Assembly: GCA_016793245.1 (NCBI GenBank)
Contig: JAEUHW010000057.1
Location: 112,709-176,708 of the forward strand
DNA from: Planctomycetota bacterium
GTDB taxonomy: Bacteria > Planctomycetota > UBA1135 > JADKAF01
Reading direction: 5' to 3'
Length of the DNA stretch: 64,000 bases
The position numbers and the translations under genes are program-made. The notes below the pieces were generated by a model that was given only the letters and a program-made list of their open reading frames with translations, was not told the origin of the DNA and ran no database searches. Shown here in pieces: positions 23,688 to 35,045 of this stretch (the stretch's first letter is position 1; the number at the start of each line of letters is the position of its first letter).

Positions 23688-25001
23688 GTGGAGCGTCGCT
23701 CGCCCAGCGTCATCTACAAGTACTTCGACCTCAGCGACGAGTTCGTGCGCATCCGCCAGATCGCTCCGGCGGAGCTCGCGCGCGCGCTGGGATCGCCGGA
23801 CCGCCTCGACAAGGACGGCTATCGCCGCGCCGTCATCGGCGCCTGCGTGGTCGGTTGGAGCCACTGCCTGGAACCGGCCCTCGCCGCGCGCTCCGAGCTC
23901 GATCGCGGCGCCGCCGAAGAGCTCCTCTACCAGCTCTGCATCGATGTGAACCCGGCGCTCGAGATCCACCATGTCGGGCTGCCCGCCGACAGTGCCGAGT
24001 CCGAGAGCCGTGAGGCGTTGCCCGCGGCGCGGAGCGACGACTGGCGCGCGCGAGCCACCGACCTCGAAGCGCGACTGTCCCGCCGCATCGTCGGCCAGCG
24101 CCACGCGCTGCGCAGCCTCGCGCATCGGGTGCGCAAGCACGCCGCCGGGCTCGGGCGCAGCGATGGCCCGCTCGGGGCCTTCCTCCTGGTCGGGAACACC
24201 GGCGTCGGCAAGACCGCCCTCGCGAAGGCCCTCTCCGAGCTGCTCTGCGGGGATCGGAGTGCGCTGATCCGCGTCGATTGCTCGGAGTTCTCGGCCGGCC
24301 ACGAGTACTCGAAGCTGATCGGCGCCCCGCCGGGCTACGTGGGCCACGAAGAGGGCGGGCAACTCACCGAAGCGCTGCAATCCGCGGGCGGCAAGGTCGT
24401 GCTCTTCGACGAGGTCGAGAAAGCTCACCCCAAGCTCCACCAGGTGCTGCTCCAGGTCCTCGACGACGGACGGCTCACCGATGGCCGCGGGAAGACCGCC
24501 TCGTTCCGCGACACGCTGGTGCTCATGACCTCGAACGTCGGAACGCGCGAGCTGCACGAAGCCAGCGAGTCGGTCGGATTCGGAGGCGGGCGAGAGGTGA
24601 GCGCGCGCGAGCGGCAAGGCCTCGTCGAAGGAGCTCTGAAGAAGGTCTTCGCCCCCGAGTTCCTCGCACGCCTCGACGAGGTGCTGGTCTTCGACGACCT
24701 CGGCGTCGCGGACTGCGAGCGCATCGCGGCCCTCGAGATCGAGAAGCTGCGCGCGAAGATCCGCGGACTGGGTGTGGGCCTCCGCGTGCAGCGCGCCATC
24801 CTGCGCTGGATCGCCGAGAGCGCCTGGTCCCCGAAGCACGGCGCGCGCGAGGTCGCCCGCTGCGTCTCGCGCGAGCTCGAGGATCCCATCGCCGAGCTGC
24901 TCTTCGCCGCCGCACCGCGCCGGGGCGCGCGGATCGAGTGCACGCTGCACCGCGGTCGGCCGCGAGTTCAGCTCTCCGCCGCTCGGGCCGCCGCGCGTTG
25001 A
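23688..25001 (+). CDS. single-ring Clp/Hsp100-type AAA+ ATPase (D2-like) with uncharacterised N-terminal domain
   Basis: I chose GTG 23688 (GGAG 7 nt upstream) over the track start 23604. Walker A LLVGNTGVGKT, Walker B VVLFDEVEKAH, LVLMTSN, PEFLARLDEV and GAREVAR are present. Only one AAA module is present. Confidence 0.85.
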   Translation: MERRSPSVIYKYFDLSDEFVRIRQIAPAELARALGSPDRLDKDGYRRAVIGACVVGWSHCLEPALAARSELDRGAAEELLYQLCIDVNPALEIHHVGLPADSAESESREALPAARSDDWRARATDLEARLSRRIVGQRHALRSLAHRVRKHAAGLGRSDGPLGAFLLVGNTGVGKTALAKALSELLCGDRSALIRVDCSEFSAGHEYSKLIGAPPGYVGHEEGGQLTEALQSAGGKVVLFDEVEKAHPKLHQVLLQVLDDGRLTDGRGKTASFRDTLVLMTSNVGTRELHEASESVGFGGGREVSARERQGLVEGALKKVFAPEFLARLDEVLVFDDLGVADCERIAALEIEKLRAKIRGLGVGLRVQRAILRWIAESAWSPKHGAREVARCVSRELEDPIAELLFAAAPRRGARIECTLHRGRPRVQLSAARAAAR

Positions 25002-25038
25002 CGCCGGCGCCGGCGCGCGCCGACACTGAGCGCACCAC

Positions 25039-26385
25039 ATGCGCTCCTCCGCTCTGCTCTTCGTTCTCCTCTTCGGCGCTCCGTCCCTGGCTCAGACCGC
25101 TCGCGAAGCGACACCCGACGCGGTGGCCTTCCGCTTCGCGCGCGGCCAGATGAGCTATGCGGAGTTCGACGAATTCATCGGCCGCGTGCATCGGCGTTCG
25201 CCGCAGGGGCAGCGCGCGCTCGAGCATCTGGTGAAGCGCCACTTCGTCGAAGCGGAGGCGACGCGGCGCGGGATCGCGGTCAGCGCAGCCGAGTGGAGCG
25301 CGTTCCTCTCCCGCACTCGAGTGGAGCTCGAGAAGGCGAAGCAGGGCAAGCTCGAAGAATGGCTCGCGCGCGAAGGCATCGATCGCGCGAGCTTCGAGCG
25401 CTTGGCGCGAGTGGATCTGCTGCTCGAGAAGCTCGTCGCGCAAGATCTGGGCCTCGGGGCGAACGCGACCCCGACGCCGGCCCAGAGCCAGCTCTGGCTC
25501 GGAGACAAGACGAAGGCCGTCGCGAGCGCATCGGTCAGCGATCCTTCGCGCTTCGCGGCGCGCATCGAAGGCGAGGAGCTCACCGTCGCCGAGCTCGGCG
25601 GAGCCGTGCGCGATCTGCTGGATCGCCAAGCGCTGCTCGAGCTCGCGCGCGACGCCGCGGTCGAGGCCTCCGTCGCTCAGGAAGCGCGGCGGCGCGGCGT
25701 GCTCTTGGAAGCGCCCGAGCTCGATGCCGAGCTCGCGCGCATGCGGGCGGATCTCGCCGAGCACCCCCGACTCTCCGGTCTGCCCTTCGCGGAGTACCTC
25801 TCACAGCTCGGCCACGACGAAGCGAGCCTGCGCGTCGATCCGAACTTCCGCACGCGCGCCTGGCTGCACGCGCTGGTCGCCTCGCAGCGCGATGCCGCGG
25901 GTTGGCGGGAGCACTACTTGGCGCGACGCGGGGACTTCGACCGCGCGCTCGGCGAGCGTCGCTCGGTCGCCTGGATCCTCTGCCGCGGCGCCGCGGAAGG
26001 TAACCCGCTCGTCTCGCGGAAGCTCCCGGAGGCCCGCGCGATGCTCGTGGAGCTGCGCGCGCGCATCGGCAGGGAGCTCTCCTTCGGCGAAGCCGCGCGC
26101 TTGCATTCCGATCACGAGGCGAGCCGCGAGTTCGAGGGGCGCCTCGGATGGCTGACGCGCTTGTCCACGCGCGCCGAGAAGGCCGTCGTGGATGCGGCGT
26201 TCGCTCTGGCCCCCGAGAGCACCTCGGAGCCGCTGCCGACCCGCGATGGGTACGCGCTGCTCCGCGTGCTCGGCGTCGAGCCGCCGCCGGGCGAAGCGAC
26301 GATGATCGAGCGCGTCGTGGCTTACGAAGTCTCGCGCGAGCGCGCGGCGCTGCTCCAGCGCTTGAAGCTCGAGCCGCGCTTCTGA
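25039..26385 (+). CDS. SurA-like periplasmic chaperone / parvulin-type PPIase
   Basis: Signal peptide MRSSALLFVLLFGAPSLAQ, a helical SurA-N-like region, and a C-terminal parvulin-like segment (VAWIL...SFGEAARLHSDHEASREFEGRLGW...PLPTRDGYALLRV). Confidence 0.7.
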   Translation: MRSSALLFVLLFGAPSLAQTAREATPDAVAFRFARGQMSYAEFDEFIGRVHRRSPQGQRALEHLVKRHFVEAEATRRGIAVSAAEWSAFLSRTRVELEKAKQGKLEEWLAREGIDRASFERLARVDLLLEKLVAQDLGLGANATPTPAQSQLWLGDKTKAVASASVSDPSRFAARIEGEELTVAELGGAVRDLLDRQALLELARDAAVEASVAQEARRRGVLLEAPELDAELARMRADLAEHPRLSGLPFAEYLSQLGHDEASLRVDPNFRTRAWLHALVASQRDAAGWREHYLARRGDFDRALGERRSVAWILCRGAAEGNPLVSRKLPEARAMLVELRARIGRELSFGEAARLHSDHEASREFEGRLGWLTRLSTRAEKAVVDAAFALAPESTSEPLPTRDGYALLRVLGVEPPPGEATMIERVVAYEVSRERAALLQRLKLEPRF

Positions 26386-26388
26386 GGG

Positions 26389-27354
26389 CTAGGCCTTCGC
26401 GCTGAGCAGGCGCTGCCAGGCTTCCGCGCCGAGCTCGCCTCCGCAATCGACGGTCGAACGTGCGGCGATCGGCAGCGCGCGCGCGGCATCGCGGCCGCGG
26501 CCTTCGCTCGCCAACCAGCGCGCGATCTGATCGCAGCACTCGCCGACCCCGATCACGAAGCCCGCGGGACCCGCGAAGCCCACGCCGAGAGCGAAGCGCT
26601 CGAGGCGTTCGAGCGCCGCGGGTTCGTCCATGCGCTGCCGCAGGAACGCGCCGAGAGAGCGCGCCGCCAAGAGCTCTTGGCCCTCTTCGAGCAGCTCCTC
26701 CCAGAGCTCGATCGGCGCCGCGTCGCACTCGCCATCCACGACTTCGCGCGCGAGCGAGGTGAGCACGACGACGTCGAGGAAGATCTCCGCGGAGACGTGC
26801 TGCGCGGGACTGCTCGACAGCCAGCGGCGGAGATCCCAGAGGCCGCGCCACGCGTGCGAAGCGAGCGCGAGCCCCGTCGGCGAAGGCGTCGGGCGCAGCA
26901 CTTCGTCCACGATGACGACCAAGGCTTGCAGCAAGGTCGCCGGGTCGATCTGCACGTCGTCGCCGACGAACATCTCGGGATCGAAGACCACCTTGTCCGC
27001 GCCCCAGCCGCGCGAGAGCACTTGCAGGCGGGTCGGGATCCAGACCAGCGGAGCCGCGGTCTCGAAGTTCCCGAGATAGGCGTCGACGAGGTCGCAGAGA
27101 TCGCGATCGCCGAGGGCGATGTTCAGGGCCGAGGCGCAGCGATCCGTGCCGCCGCTCATGCGCATCTCGTCCTGCTGGACGGTGCAGAGCGCGACGGGAT
27201 CCGTGGCCAGGATGCTGCGCACCTTGGCCAAGCGCTCGTCGTCCTCGGCGAGATCCGTCCAGAGCAGCCAGCGCCCGCCCGCGACTTGCCGCAGGCCCTC
27301 GAGCGCTTCGCGGCCCCAGCACACGGCCGGACCGGCGAATTGATGCCGTGTCAT
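26389..27354 (-). CDS. hypothetical protein (321 aa), co-oriented downstream of PilZ
   Basis: Starts at internal ATG 27354 (GAGAGGTGGAG upstream) of ORF 26389..27597. High GC3. I recognised no family motif. Confidence 0.6.
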   Translation of the reverse strand: MTRHQFAGPAVCWGREALEGLRQVAGGRWLLWTDLAEDDERLAKVRSILATDPVALCTVQQDEMRMSGGTDRCASALNIALGDRDLCDLVDAYLGNFETAAPLVWIPTRLQVLSRGWGADKVVFDPEMFVGDDVQIDPATLLQALVVIVDEVLRPTPSPTGLALASHAWRGLWDLRRWLSSSPAQHVSAEIFLDVVVLTSLAREVVDGECDAAPIELWEELLEEGQELLAARSLGAFLRQRMDEPAALERLERFALGVGFAGPAGFVIGVGECCDQIARWLASEGRGRDAARALPIAARSTVDCGGELGAEAWQRLLSAKA

Positions 27355-27439
27355 CAGCTCCACCTCTCGTGCGATTCGCAGCGTGTGTGCTTCATCGTCG
27401 CCTTCGAAACGCCACCTGTAGGGCAGCGCGATGCCGTCC

Positions 27440-27862
27440 TCAGACCGAGTAACGAATGACGTGGTCGACCACGCGATCGCGATGCTCGAGCGTGATCTCC
27501 TGGAACGCCAAGCCCAGGTTGCAGCAGCCGCTCTGCTCCTCGACGTCCTGCATCCAGGCCACGCGGCAGATGGACCGCACCGTGTAGGGCGAGCCATCCG
27601 CTTGCGGGAGGTCGATCTCGACCCCGACGTTGAGGCGCCCGAGCAGCAGGTCGGCGAAGCTGGTTCCGGCCGGGAGCTGCGCCACGAGCAGGAGCCCGCC
27701 CGCCGAGAGATTGGTCGTCGTCCCGATCAGCATCTCCGGGCCGGGAACGCTGACCGCCGGGTGTGTCGGCAGGAAGCGATAGCGCACGGCGAGCTCGAGC
27801 TCGATGCGGCTGAACACACGGTGATTCGCGACGCCCAGGGCGCGCGGTACGGAGTCGGGCAT
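27440..27862 (-). CDS. PilZ-domain c-di-GMP receptor (140 aa)
   Basis: Starts at internal ATG 27862 (GAGG upstream). RxxxR motif (RVFSR) and, 31 residues later, N-x-S-x-x-G (NLSAGG). Confidence 0.8.
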   Translation of the reverse strand: MPDSVPRALGVANHRVFSRIELELAVRYRFLPTHPAVSVPGPEMLIGTTTNLSAGGLLLVAQLPAGTSFADLLLGRLNVGVEIDLPQADGSPYTVRSICRVAWMQDVEEQSGCCNLGLAFQEITLEHRDRVVDHVIRYSV

Positions 27863-27970
27863 GGCTGGCCTCGTTCGCCCGTCGTCTCGGGAGGGGTAGG
27901 ATGAAACGGAAGCTCTCCTCCCCCTCACCTCGCTCGACGCCTCAGGCATCGACCGCGCGCCTCGCGCGCC

Positions 27971-29151
<1,181 letters not shown>

Positions 29152-29155
<4 letters not shown>

Positions 29156-31137
29156 GGCTGCGCGCACCAGGGATCGCGATCGCCCTCCTCTCCGCCGCGC
29201 TCGGCGGCGCGGCGGCGCAGGAGCCGACGCCCGCCGACAGCGGACGCATCCGCGCCGCGCGTTGGAACGCGCCGCTGCTCGAGCTCGCCGATCGCTCGCG
29301 GCTCATGGTCATTCCGCGCGGCCAGACTCTGCTCGCGCAGACCTCGTTCGATCGCGGCGGCGGCAACGACGACGGCTTCAGCGGACGCTGGTCTCCGCTC
29401 CGTCGAGAAGCGAACGGCGAGCACGTGCTCTTCGATGAGCGCGGCGCCGGCGCGCTCACGCGACTGCATTTCGCGTTCTTCGACTCCATCCAACCGGGAC
29501 AGGGTCGTGAGGACTACGAGCTGCGCGCCTACTTCGAAGGCGAGAGCGCGCCGCGAATCGCGCTGCCGCTGAAGGAGCTCGTCTCCGGAACGCGCGCGCC
29601 GTTCCTCCATCCCCTCGCCGGAGATGATCGCGTCTCCCCCGGCGGTCCGTTCGTCTTCTATCCGCTGAACTTCCGGCGCGGGCTGAAGATCACCACGACC
29701 GGAGCACCGAACTTCTTCGCGTTCCAGGGCGTGCGCTATCGCGACGCGCGCGAGGCCTCGAGCCATGACCCGCGCTTCGACGATGTCTCCGCCGCCGTGG
29801 CGCGACTCTCGGAGGCCGCGCAAGCTCCGCGAGCGCGCCTCGGCGATCAGAGCCTACAGATCCGCGGCACCGCCGCACCGGGGCAGCCTCTCCTTCTCTT
29901 CGAGCACGCCGGAGGGGGAGTGATCGAGCGTCTCGTCTTCGAGCTCCCGCCGACACTCGCGCAAGGGCTGCGTCTCCGCGCGACCTGGGAGCGCGAGGCG
30001 ACCGCGGCGCTGGAGGCGCCCCTCGGATTCCTCTTCGGCAACGAGCTCGGCAGCGGTCCGGTGCAAGCGGCGCTCTTCGGCTTCGCGCCCGCGGATGCGA
30101 AGGGCTGGATCGATCTCCCGATGCCGTTCGCGCAGCACGCTCGCTTGGAGCTCTACGCCGAGCAGAGCGTCGACCTCGCGGTGCGCATCGATTGGCGCCC
30201 CGGAGCGCCGCCCGCGAGTTTCGGCCATCTGCGGGGCGAGCTGCGCGAGAACTTGGCACCTCGCAACGGCGAAGACGTGAACGTGCTGCGCGCGACCGGC
30301 CGCGGTCGCCTCGCCGCCGTGATCGCCTCCATGGGTTGGCGCACGAGCAATGCGCCGCCGCGGGGCCGACTCTTCCTCGAGGGCGATGAGCGCATCTACC
30401 TCGATGGGCGTCGCTCCCCCGCGCTGCACGGAACCGGTACCGAGGAGTTCTTCGACTGGGGTTGGTATGACACGGGCGTCGATCGCCCCTTCACGTTGCC
30501 CCTGCACGGCTACCCCGAGTGGAAGCTCGAGCTGCTGCGCGACGAGACCGCCTGCTATCGCTGCTTCCTGCACGCCCCGATCGCTTGGGAGCGCGAGGTC
30601 GCGATCGGCTTGGAGCACGGTCCGACGAACACGGAGTCGGCCGAGTACCGCACGCTCGCGCTGTTCTACGCCCAAAGCGCGCCGGGGATCGAGCGCAGCG
30701 ACTTGCTCGAGGTCGGCGATCTCGCGTCCGAGACGGCGCACGCCTGGAGCGATCCCAGCGGCGTGCTCCTGCCGCCGCTCGGCACGGAATTCGAAGGCGC
30801 CGGAACCGGAGCGGCGCACTCCGACGCGGGGCGCCGCGCCGTCGGCTCGCACGGCTTCCGGCTCGCGCTCCGCAGCGACAACGACGGCGTGCGCGTGCGC
30901 CGGCTCAGCGATCAGGCGCTCGCGCCGCAGCAGGCGGAGGTCTACGTCGACGGAGCGTACGTCGGGACGTGGTACCAAGCGCGCTCGAACCCGCTGCGGC
31001 GTTGGCTCGAGGACGAATTCGAGCTGCCTCCTGCGTTCACGCGCGGCAAGAGCTCCATCGACGTGCGACTCGAGCCGCGCGGAACGCGTTGGAACGCGTA
31101 TCGCTACGAAGCGTGGTCCTATCTGCCGGTGCCGTAG
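29152..31137 (+). CDS. secreted DUF2961/GH172-like protein (661 aa)
   Basis: Internal ATG 29152 overlaps the desulfurase stop (ATGA). Signal peptide MRLRAPGIAIALLSAALGGAAAQ. LFLEGDERIYLDG...LHGTGTEEFFDWGW resembles the DUF2961 core as I recall it. Confidence 0.7.
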
Positions 31138-31188
31138 CGCGACTCCGCCGCGCGAGCCCGGCCGCGACTCCGGCCGTCGGTGCGATCT

Positions 31189-33060
31189 TCACGATCGCGG
31201 ACGCAGCGCGTAGAGGCGCAGCTCGGGACCGCCGATCTCGGCGCCGCGATGGGCGCTGCCTTGCGTGACCAACTCGACGCGCGGGAGATCGCGCCGCAGC
31301 TCGCCCCCGGGTTCGACCTTCCAGAGCAGCTCGTTGCGCTCGATCAGCGCGAGGAAGCGCCGCACCTCGGGATAGGTCGTGGGCTCGAGATCGTCGAGCA
31401 CGCCATCGACGAAGCCGCTCCAGAGATAGCGATCGAGGCCCATCAAGAGCAGCGCATCGTAGAGCGCCTCCGCGTTCGGCAGCGCGAAGCCGGCGACCTC
31501 GCCTGGCGCGCGCTGGAGCCCGAGGGCTTGGAGCTGCGGCAGCAGCTCGGTCACCCTCTCGTTGCCTCGCACCGCCGCGTAGCGAGCGAGGAACTCATCC
31601 CAGAGCACGAGGGAGCCTGGCTGCAAGGTGCTCGCGAGGTTCAGCTCGAGAGCTTGCTCGTCGAGGCGCGGGTACTCGGGGTTGTGCAGGAAGGCGAGCT
31701 CGCCCGCGCCGCGTCGCGCGCGCAGGGTGATCAGGCCGCCGCCGATCCCCCCGTTCTCGGCGAGTCTTCGTGCGCCTTCGAAGCGCGTGTCGCCGCGACC
31801 GACCGCGCGCGCCTGCTCGAGTCCGGGCCAGAGCGACGAAACGACGCAGGCGAGGACGAGCCCGGCCCCGAGCAGAAGTCCGAAGGGCGCGCGCACGCGA
31901 GAAGCGAGCGCCTGCGCGAGAGACGCGATCCCGATCGCGAAGAGCGGCGCGAGCACCAGGAAGTAGCGCGTGTAGCGAATGGCGTTGCCGCTCGCGACGG
32001 CGAAGAACGCGAGCGCGAAGAGCCCTAGCCCCACGGCTTCGCGAGGTCTCCGCACGGCGAGGAGCACGGTCCCCGCGAGCGCGGCCAGCAGGGCGAAGAG
32101 CGACCCCGCGACATGCGGAAGGCTCGTCGCCAGATGGAAGCTCCGCGGCGGCGCCGCATCCTCGAAGCCGAACCAGACCCAATCCCGGGCCTCGAAGTGC
32201 GTGCGCAGCCAGGCTACATAGGCTTCGTGATTCGCCAGCAGATCCGGCATCCCCACCAGCAGACCGACACCAAAGCCCAGGGCGATCGCGGCCGCGCCGC
32301 GCAGGGCGTGGGCGGCGCTACCCCAGCGCGCCCGTGGTCCGGAGCGCCCCTGCACGGCCCAGGCCCACGCGACCGCGAGCCCCGCGAGTCCGCCGAGGTA
32401 CTTCGAAGCGACGGCGAGCGCCGTGGCGCACCCTGCGGCGAAGGCGACCGCGGGGCGCTTCTCTTCCAACAAGCGCAGCGCCAGCCAGAGCGCCGCCGTG
32501 GTCCAGAGCACGTGCGGCATCTCGGTGACCATGTAGCGCGCGTACTGCAGGGCCAGCGGACTCGACGCGAAGAGGAGAGCCGCGGCAGCTGCGGGTACGG
32601 GAGCGAGCACGCGCGCCGCGAGGCGATAGGCGAGCCACACCGCGAGGAGCGCGAGGGCCCAGCACAGGCCGCGCGCCGCGAAGAGCAGCGTCGTCGGACC
32701 CGCGTACCAACCCACGCGCAGCTCGGCGTAGAGGTCCTGCAGCGACGGCATCAAGCCGAAGCTGCGGCCCGCGAACCACTCGGCGCGCAGCAAGTGATAG
32801 CTGTGCGGAGGCCAGTTCGCCTCGGGCGGGAACGGCGCGCGCAGCTCGAGCGCGAGCGCCGTCGCGACCACCTGGGTCTCATCGACGAAGGGATACGCGT
32901 TCCGCGCCCACCAGGCGCCGAGCGTCGGCGCGAAGAAGGCCGCGAGCAGGATCAGTCGCACCAGCCAGGTGCGCTCCGGCGCGCCCGCGGAGCCGCCACT
33001 CGAAGGCGGCAAGTCGGGATCGTGTGGTTGCACACGGTCGGGATCGGCGGAGAAGGGCAC
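31189..33060 (-). CDS. GT-C fold membrane glycosyltransferase (PMT_2/ArnT-like)
   Basis: Full track ORF with a GTG start. At least 10 hydrophobic segments, an acidic first-loop motif (YPFVDETQ), and a soluble C-terminal domain. The start is uncertain: it is only 20 bp from the divergent ORF start at 33081, and in-frame GTG/TTG codons lie downstream. Confidence 0.7.
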   Translation of the reverse strand: MPFSADPDRVQPHDPDLPPSSGGSAGAPERTWLVRLILLAAFFAPTLGAWWARNAYPFVDETQVVATALALELRAPFPPEANWPPHSYHLLRAEWFAGRSFGLMPSLQDLYAELRVGWYAGPTTLLFAARGLCWALALLAVWLAYRLAARVLAPVPAAAAALLFASSPLALQYARYMVTEMPHVLWTTAALWLALRLLEEKRPAVAFAAGCATALAVASKYLGGLAGLAVAWAWAVQGRSGPRARWGSAAHALRGAAAIALGFGVGLLVGMPDLLANHEAYVAWLRTHFEARDWVWFGFEDAAPPRSFHLATSLPHVAGSLFALLAALAGTVLLAVRRPREAVGLGLFALAFFAVASGNAIRYTRYFLVLAPLFAIGIASLAQALASRVRAPFGLLLGAGLVLACVVSSLWPGLEQARAVGRGDTRFEGARRLAENGGIGGGLITLRARRGAGELAFLHNPEYPRLDEQALELNLASTLQPGSLVLWDEFLARYAAVRGNERVTELLPQLQALGLQRAPGEVAGFALPNAEALYDALLLMGLDRYLWSGFVDGVLDDLEPTTYPEVRRFLALIERNELLWKVEPGGELRRDLPRVELVTQGSAHRGAEIGGPELRLYALRPRS

Positions 33061-33080
33061 GTTCGTGAGCCGCGGTTGCG

Positions 33081-33596
33081 ATGCGCCTAGAAGCCGGTGA
33101 AGTCCTGCGCGTCAGGGCCGAAGGTCGCGGTGCGCGTCGGCACCACTTCGAGGAGGGATCGGGCACGAGCGTGGCCACGCTGGAGGTGGCGCGCGGCGGC
33201 GCCGCGATCTTCCGCGAGGGCGAAGATGCCTTTTTTCTGGAGCGGGGCAAAGGCTGGATCCGAAGCTACTTCCAGATGTGGGATGCCGAACGCGAGTGGC
33301 TCGGCGCCTCTTACCGCTGGAGCCCGTGGCGCCGGCGGATCGTCGTGCATGTGGCGAACGGCACCTACAACCTGGTTCCCTCGGCGAAGCTCGGGCGCGG
33401 ATTCCGCCTCGTCGACGCACGCGGAGACGTCGTGCTCGAGCTGCGCCCGGAACGCGCGTTCTCGCGCACTTGGCGACTCACCCCCCTCCGGCGGATCGAG
33501 CCGGCCGTCGTCGCGCTGGTATTCTTCCTCGCGCGTCGTCACGCTTTCGAGAGCCTGCTCCCCGGCGGGCGCGCCATCCCGGCGCGTCGCACCTGA
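33081..33596 (+). CDS. hypothetical small protein
   Basis: Track ORF with consistently high GC3 and non-repetitive composition. I recognised no family. The start is uncertain. Confidence 0.45.
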   Translation: MRLEAGEVLRVRAEGRGARRHHFEEGSGTSVATLEVARGGAAIFREGEDAFFLERGKGWIRSYFQMWDAEREWLGASYRWSPWRRRIVVHVANGTYNLVPSAKLGRGFRLVDARGDVVLELRPERAFSRTWRLTPLRRIEPAVVALVFFLARRHAFESLLPGGRAIPARRT

Positions 33597-33635
33597 GCTT
33601 CTGCTCGCTCACCCCAACGCCACGAAGCTCGATCG

Positions 33636-35045
33636 ATGACGAAGCGCGTGCTGGTCCTCGGCGGGGGAATCACCGGACTCACCGCGGCGATGCGCGCGGC
33701 GGAAGCGGGGCTCGCGGTGGAGCTCTTCGAAGCCACCCAGCGCACCGGCGGCATGGGCGGGTCGATGAACGAGCAGGGCTTCGTGCTCGACCACGGGATC
33801 CACGGGCTCTATTCGGCGCGGAAGGAGACGCAGCCGCTCGTCCGCGAGATGGTCGAGCGCTTCGGAGCCGACTTCCTCACCATCCAGAAGAAGACCTCCA
33901 TCCACTTCCGCGGGCGCTACCTGAAGTACCCGATGGGCATGAAGGAGCTCTTCCGCGCGTTGCCGCTCCTCACCTCGGCGCGCTGCGTGCTCGACTTCGT
34001 GCGCACGCGCGTCCGCGGGCGCTTGAAGGACATCGGTGTCGCCGAGTCCTTCGAGCACTGGGTCTCCGATCGCTTCGGGCACAGCCTCTACGAGATCTAC
34101 TTCGGTCCCTACGTCGAGAAGGTCTGGGGGTTGCCGGGCACCCGCATGTCCAGCGCGTGGCTGGCGCGGCGCATCTCCCAGATCAGCATCGCCACCGTGG
34201 TGCGGCGGGCGCTGAACGCGATCTTCACGCGTCGCCCCCCGGACGAGATGCACTCGCTCCAGCCGCAGACCTTCCTCTATCCGCGCCTCGGCTCGGGGCA
34301 ATTCGTGGATCGGGTCCGCGACGCCGCGCTCGGCGCGGGAGCGGTGCTCCATCACGGCTGGAGAGTTCGCGGGCTGCGCTGGAGCGACAACCAGTGGAAC
34401 GTCGAGCTCGATACGCCCACGGGCCCGCAGCGGAAGACCGCGGACGCGATCGTGAACTCGCTGCCGCTCCCCGTGCTGATCTCCCTGCTCGGCGAAACCG
34501 CTCCGGCGCCCGTGCGCGAAGCTGCTTCGAGCCTGCGCTTCCGCGCCATGACGATCGTGAACCTCTTCCTCGAGCGCGAGCGCGTCTACGGCGACCAGTG
34601 GGTCTACTACTCGTCGCCCGAGCTCCCGTTCAATCGCATCAACGAGTTCACCAACCTCGCACCCGGCTACTCTCCGCCGGGGCGCACCGCCTTGAACTGC
34701 GAGATCACCTGCTTCACGGGCGACGCGACGTGGACCAGCAGCGATGAAGCCCTGGCGGAGCGCTGCATCGCCAGTTTGGAGCGGCTCGGCCTGATCCGCC
34801 GGGCAGAAGTCTCGGGGCACTCCGTGGCGCGCTTGCCCAACGCCTATCCGATCTTCGATGTCGGATGCGAATCGAGGCTCGAGACGGTGCTGCGCTTCGT
34901 GCGCGAACAGCCGGGGCTGCACACGGCCGGCCGCCAAGGCCGCTTCGAATACATCAACATGGACGAGTGCATCTGGCACGCGACCGAGGCCATCGCGGCG
35001 ATCCGCGCCGGGGCCTCGCGGACCCAAGAAGGAGCGAGCGCATGA
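33636..35045 (+). CDS. FAD-dependent oxidoreductase (amine-oxidase / UDP-galactopyranose-mutase-like fold)
   Basis: N-terminal dinucleotide-binding motif KRVLVLGGGITGLTAAMRAAEAGLAVELFE. The stop overlaps the next start (ATGA at 35042-35045). Confidence 0.8.
   Translation: MTKRVLVLGGGITGLTAAMRAAEAGLAVELFEATQRTGGMGGSMNEQGFVLDHGIHGLYSARKETQPLVREMVERFGADFLTIQKKTSIHFRGRYLKYPMGMKELFRALPLLTSARCVLDFVRTRVRGRLKDIGVAESFEHWVSDRFGHSLYEIYFGPYVEKVWGLPGTRMSSAWLARRISQISIATVVRRALNAIFTRRPPDEMHSLQPQTFLYPRLGSGQFVDRVRDAALGAGAVLHHGWRVRGLRWSDNQWNVELDTPTGPQRKTADAIVNSLPLPVLISLLGETAPAPVREAASSLRFRAMTIVNLFLERERVYGDQWVYYSSPELPFNRINEFTNLAPGYSPPGRTALNCEITCFTGDATWTSSDEALAERCIASLERLGLIRRAEVSGHSVARLPNAYPIFDVGCESRLETVLRFVREQPGLHTAGRQGRFEYINMDECIWHATEAIAAIRAGASRTQEGASA

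Noticed and set aside
15716-25001. FHA protein plus Hanks kinase plus Clp-like ATPase as a type VI secretion threonine-phosphorylation module (Fha/PpkA/ClpV)
   Set aside because: No TssB/C, Hcp, VgrG, TssM or other T6SS core gene is present. The ATPase has one AAA ring, not the two of ClpV. The FHA gene is physically and translationally tied to pseudopilin genes instead.
25580-27322. 580-aa minus-strand ORF
   Set aside because: It is antisense to or out of frame with the SurA-like gene and the 321-aa hypothetical gene. It is dominated by Arg/Ala/Pro and has no start context.
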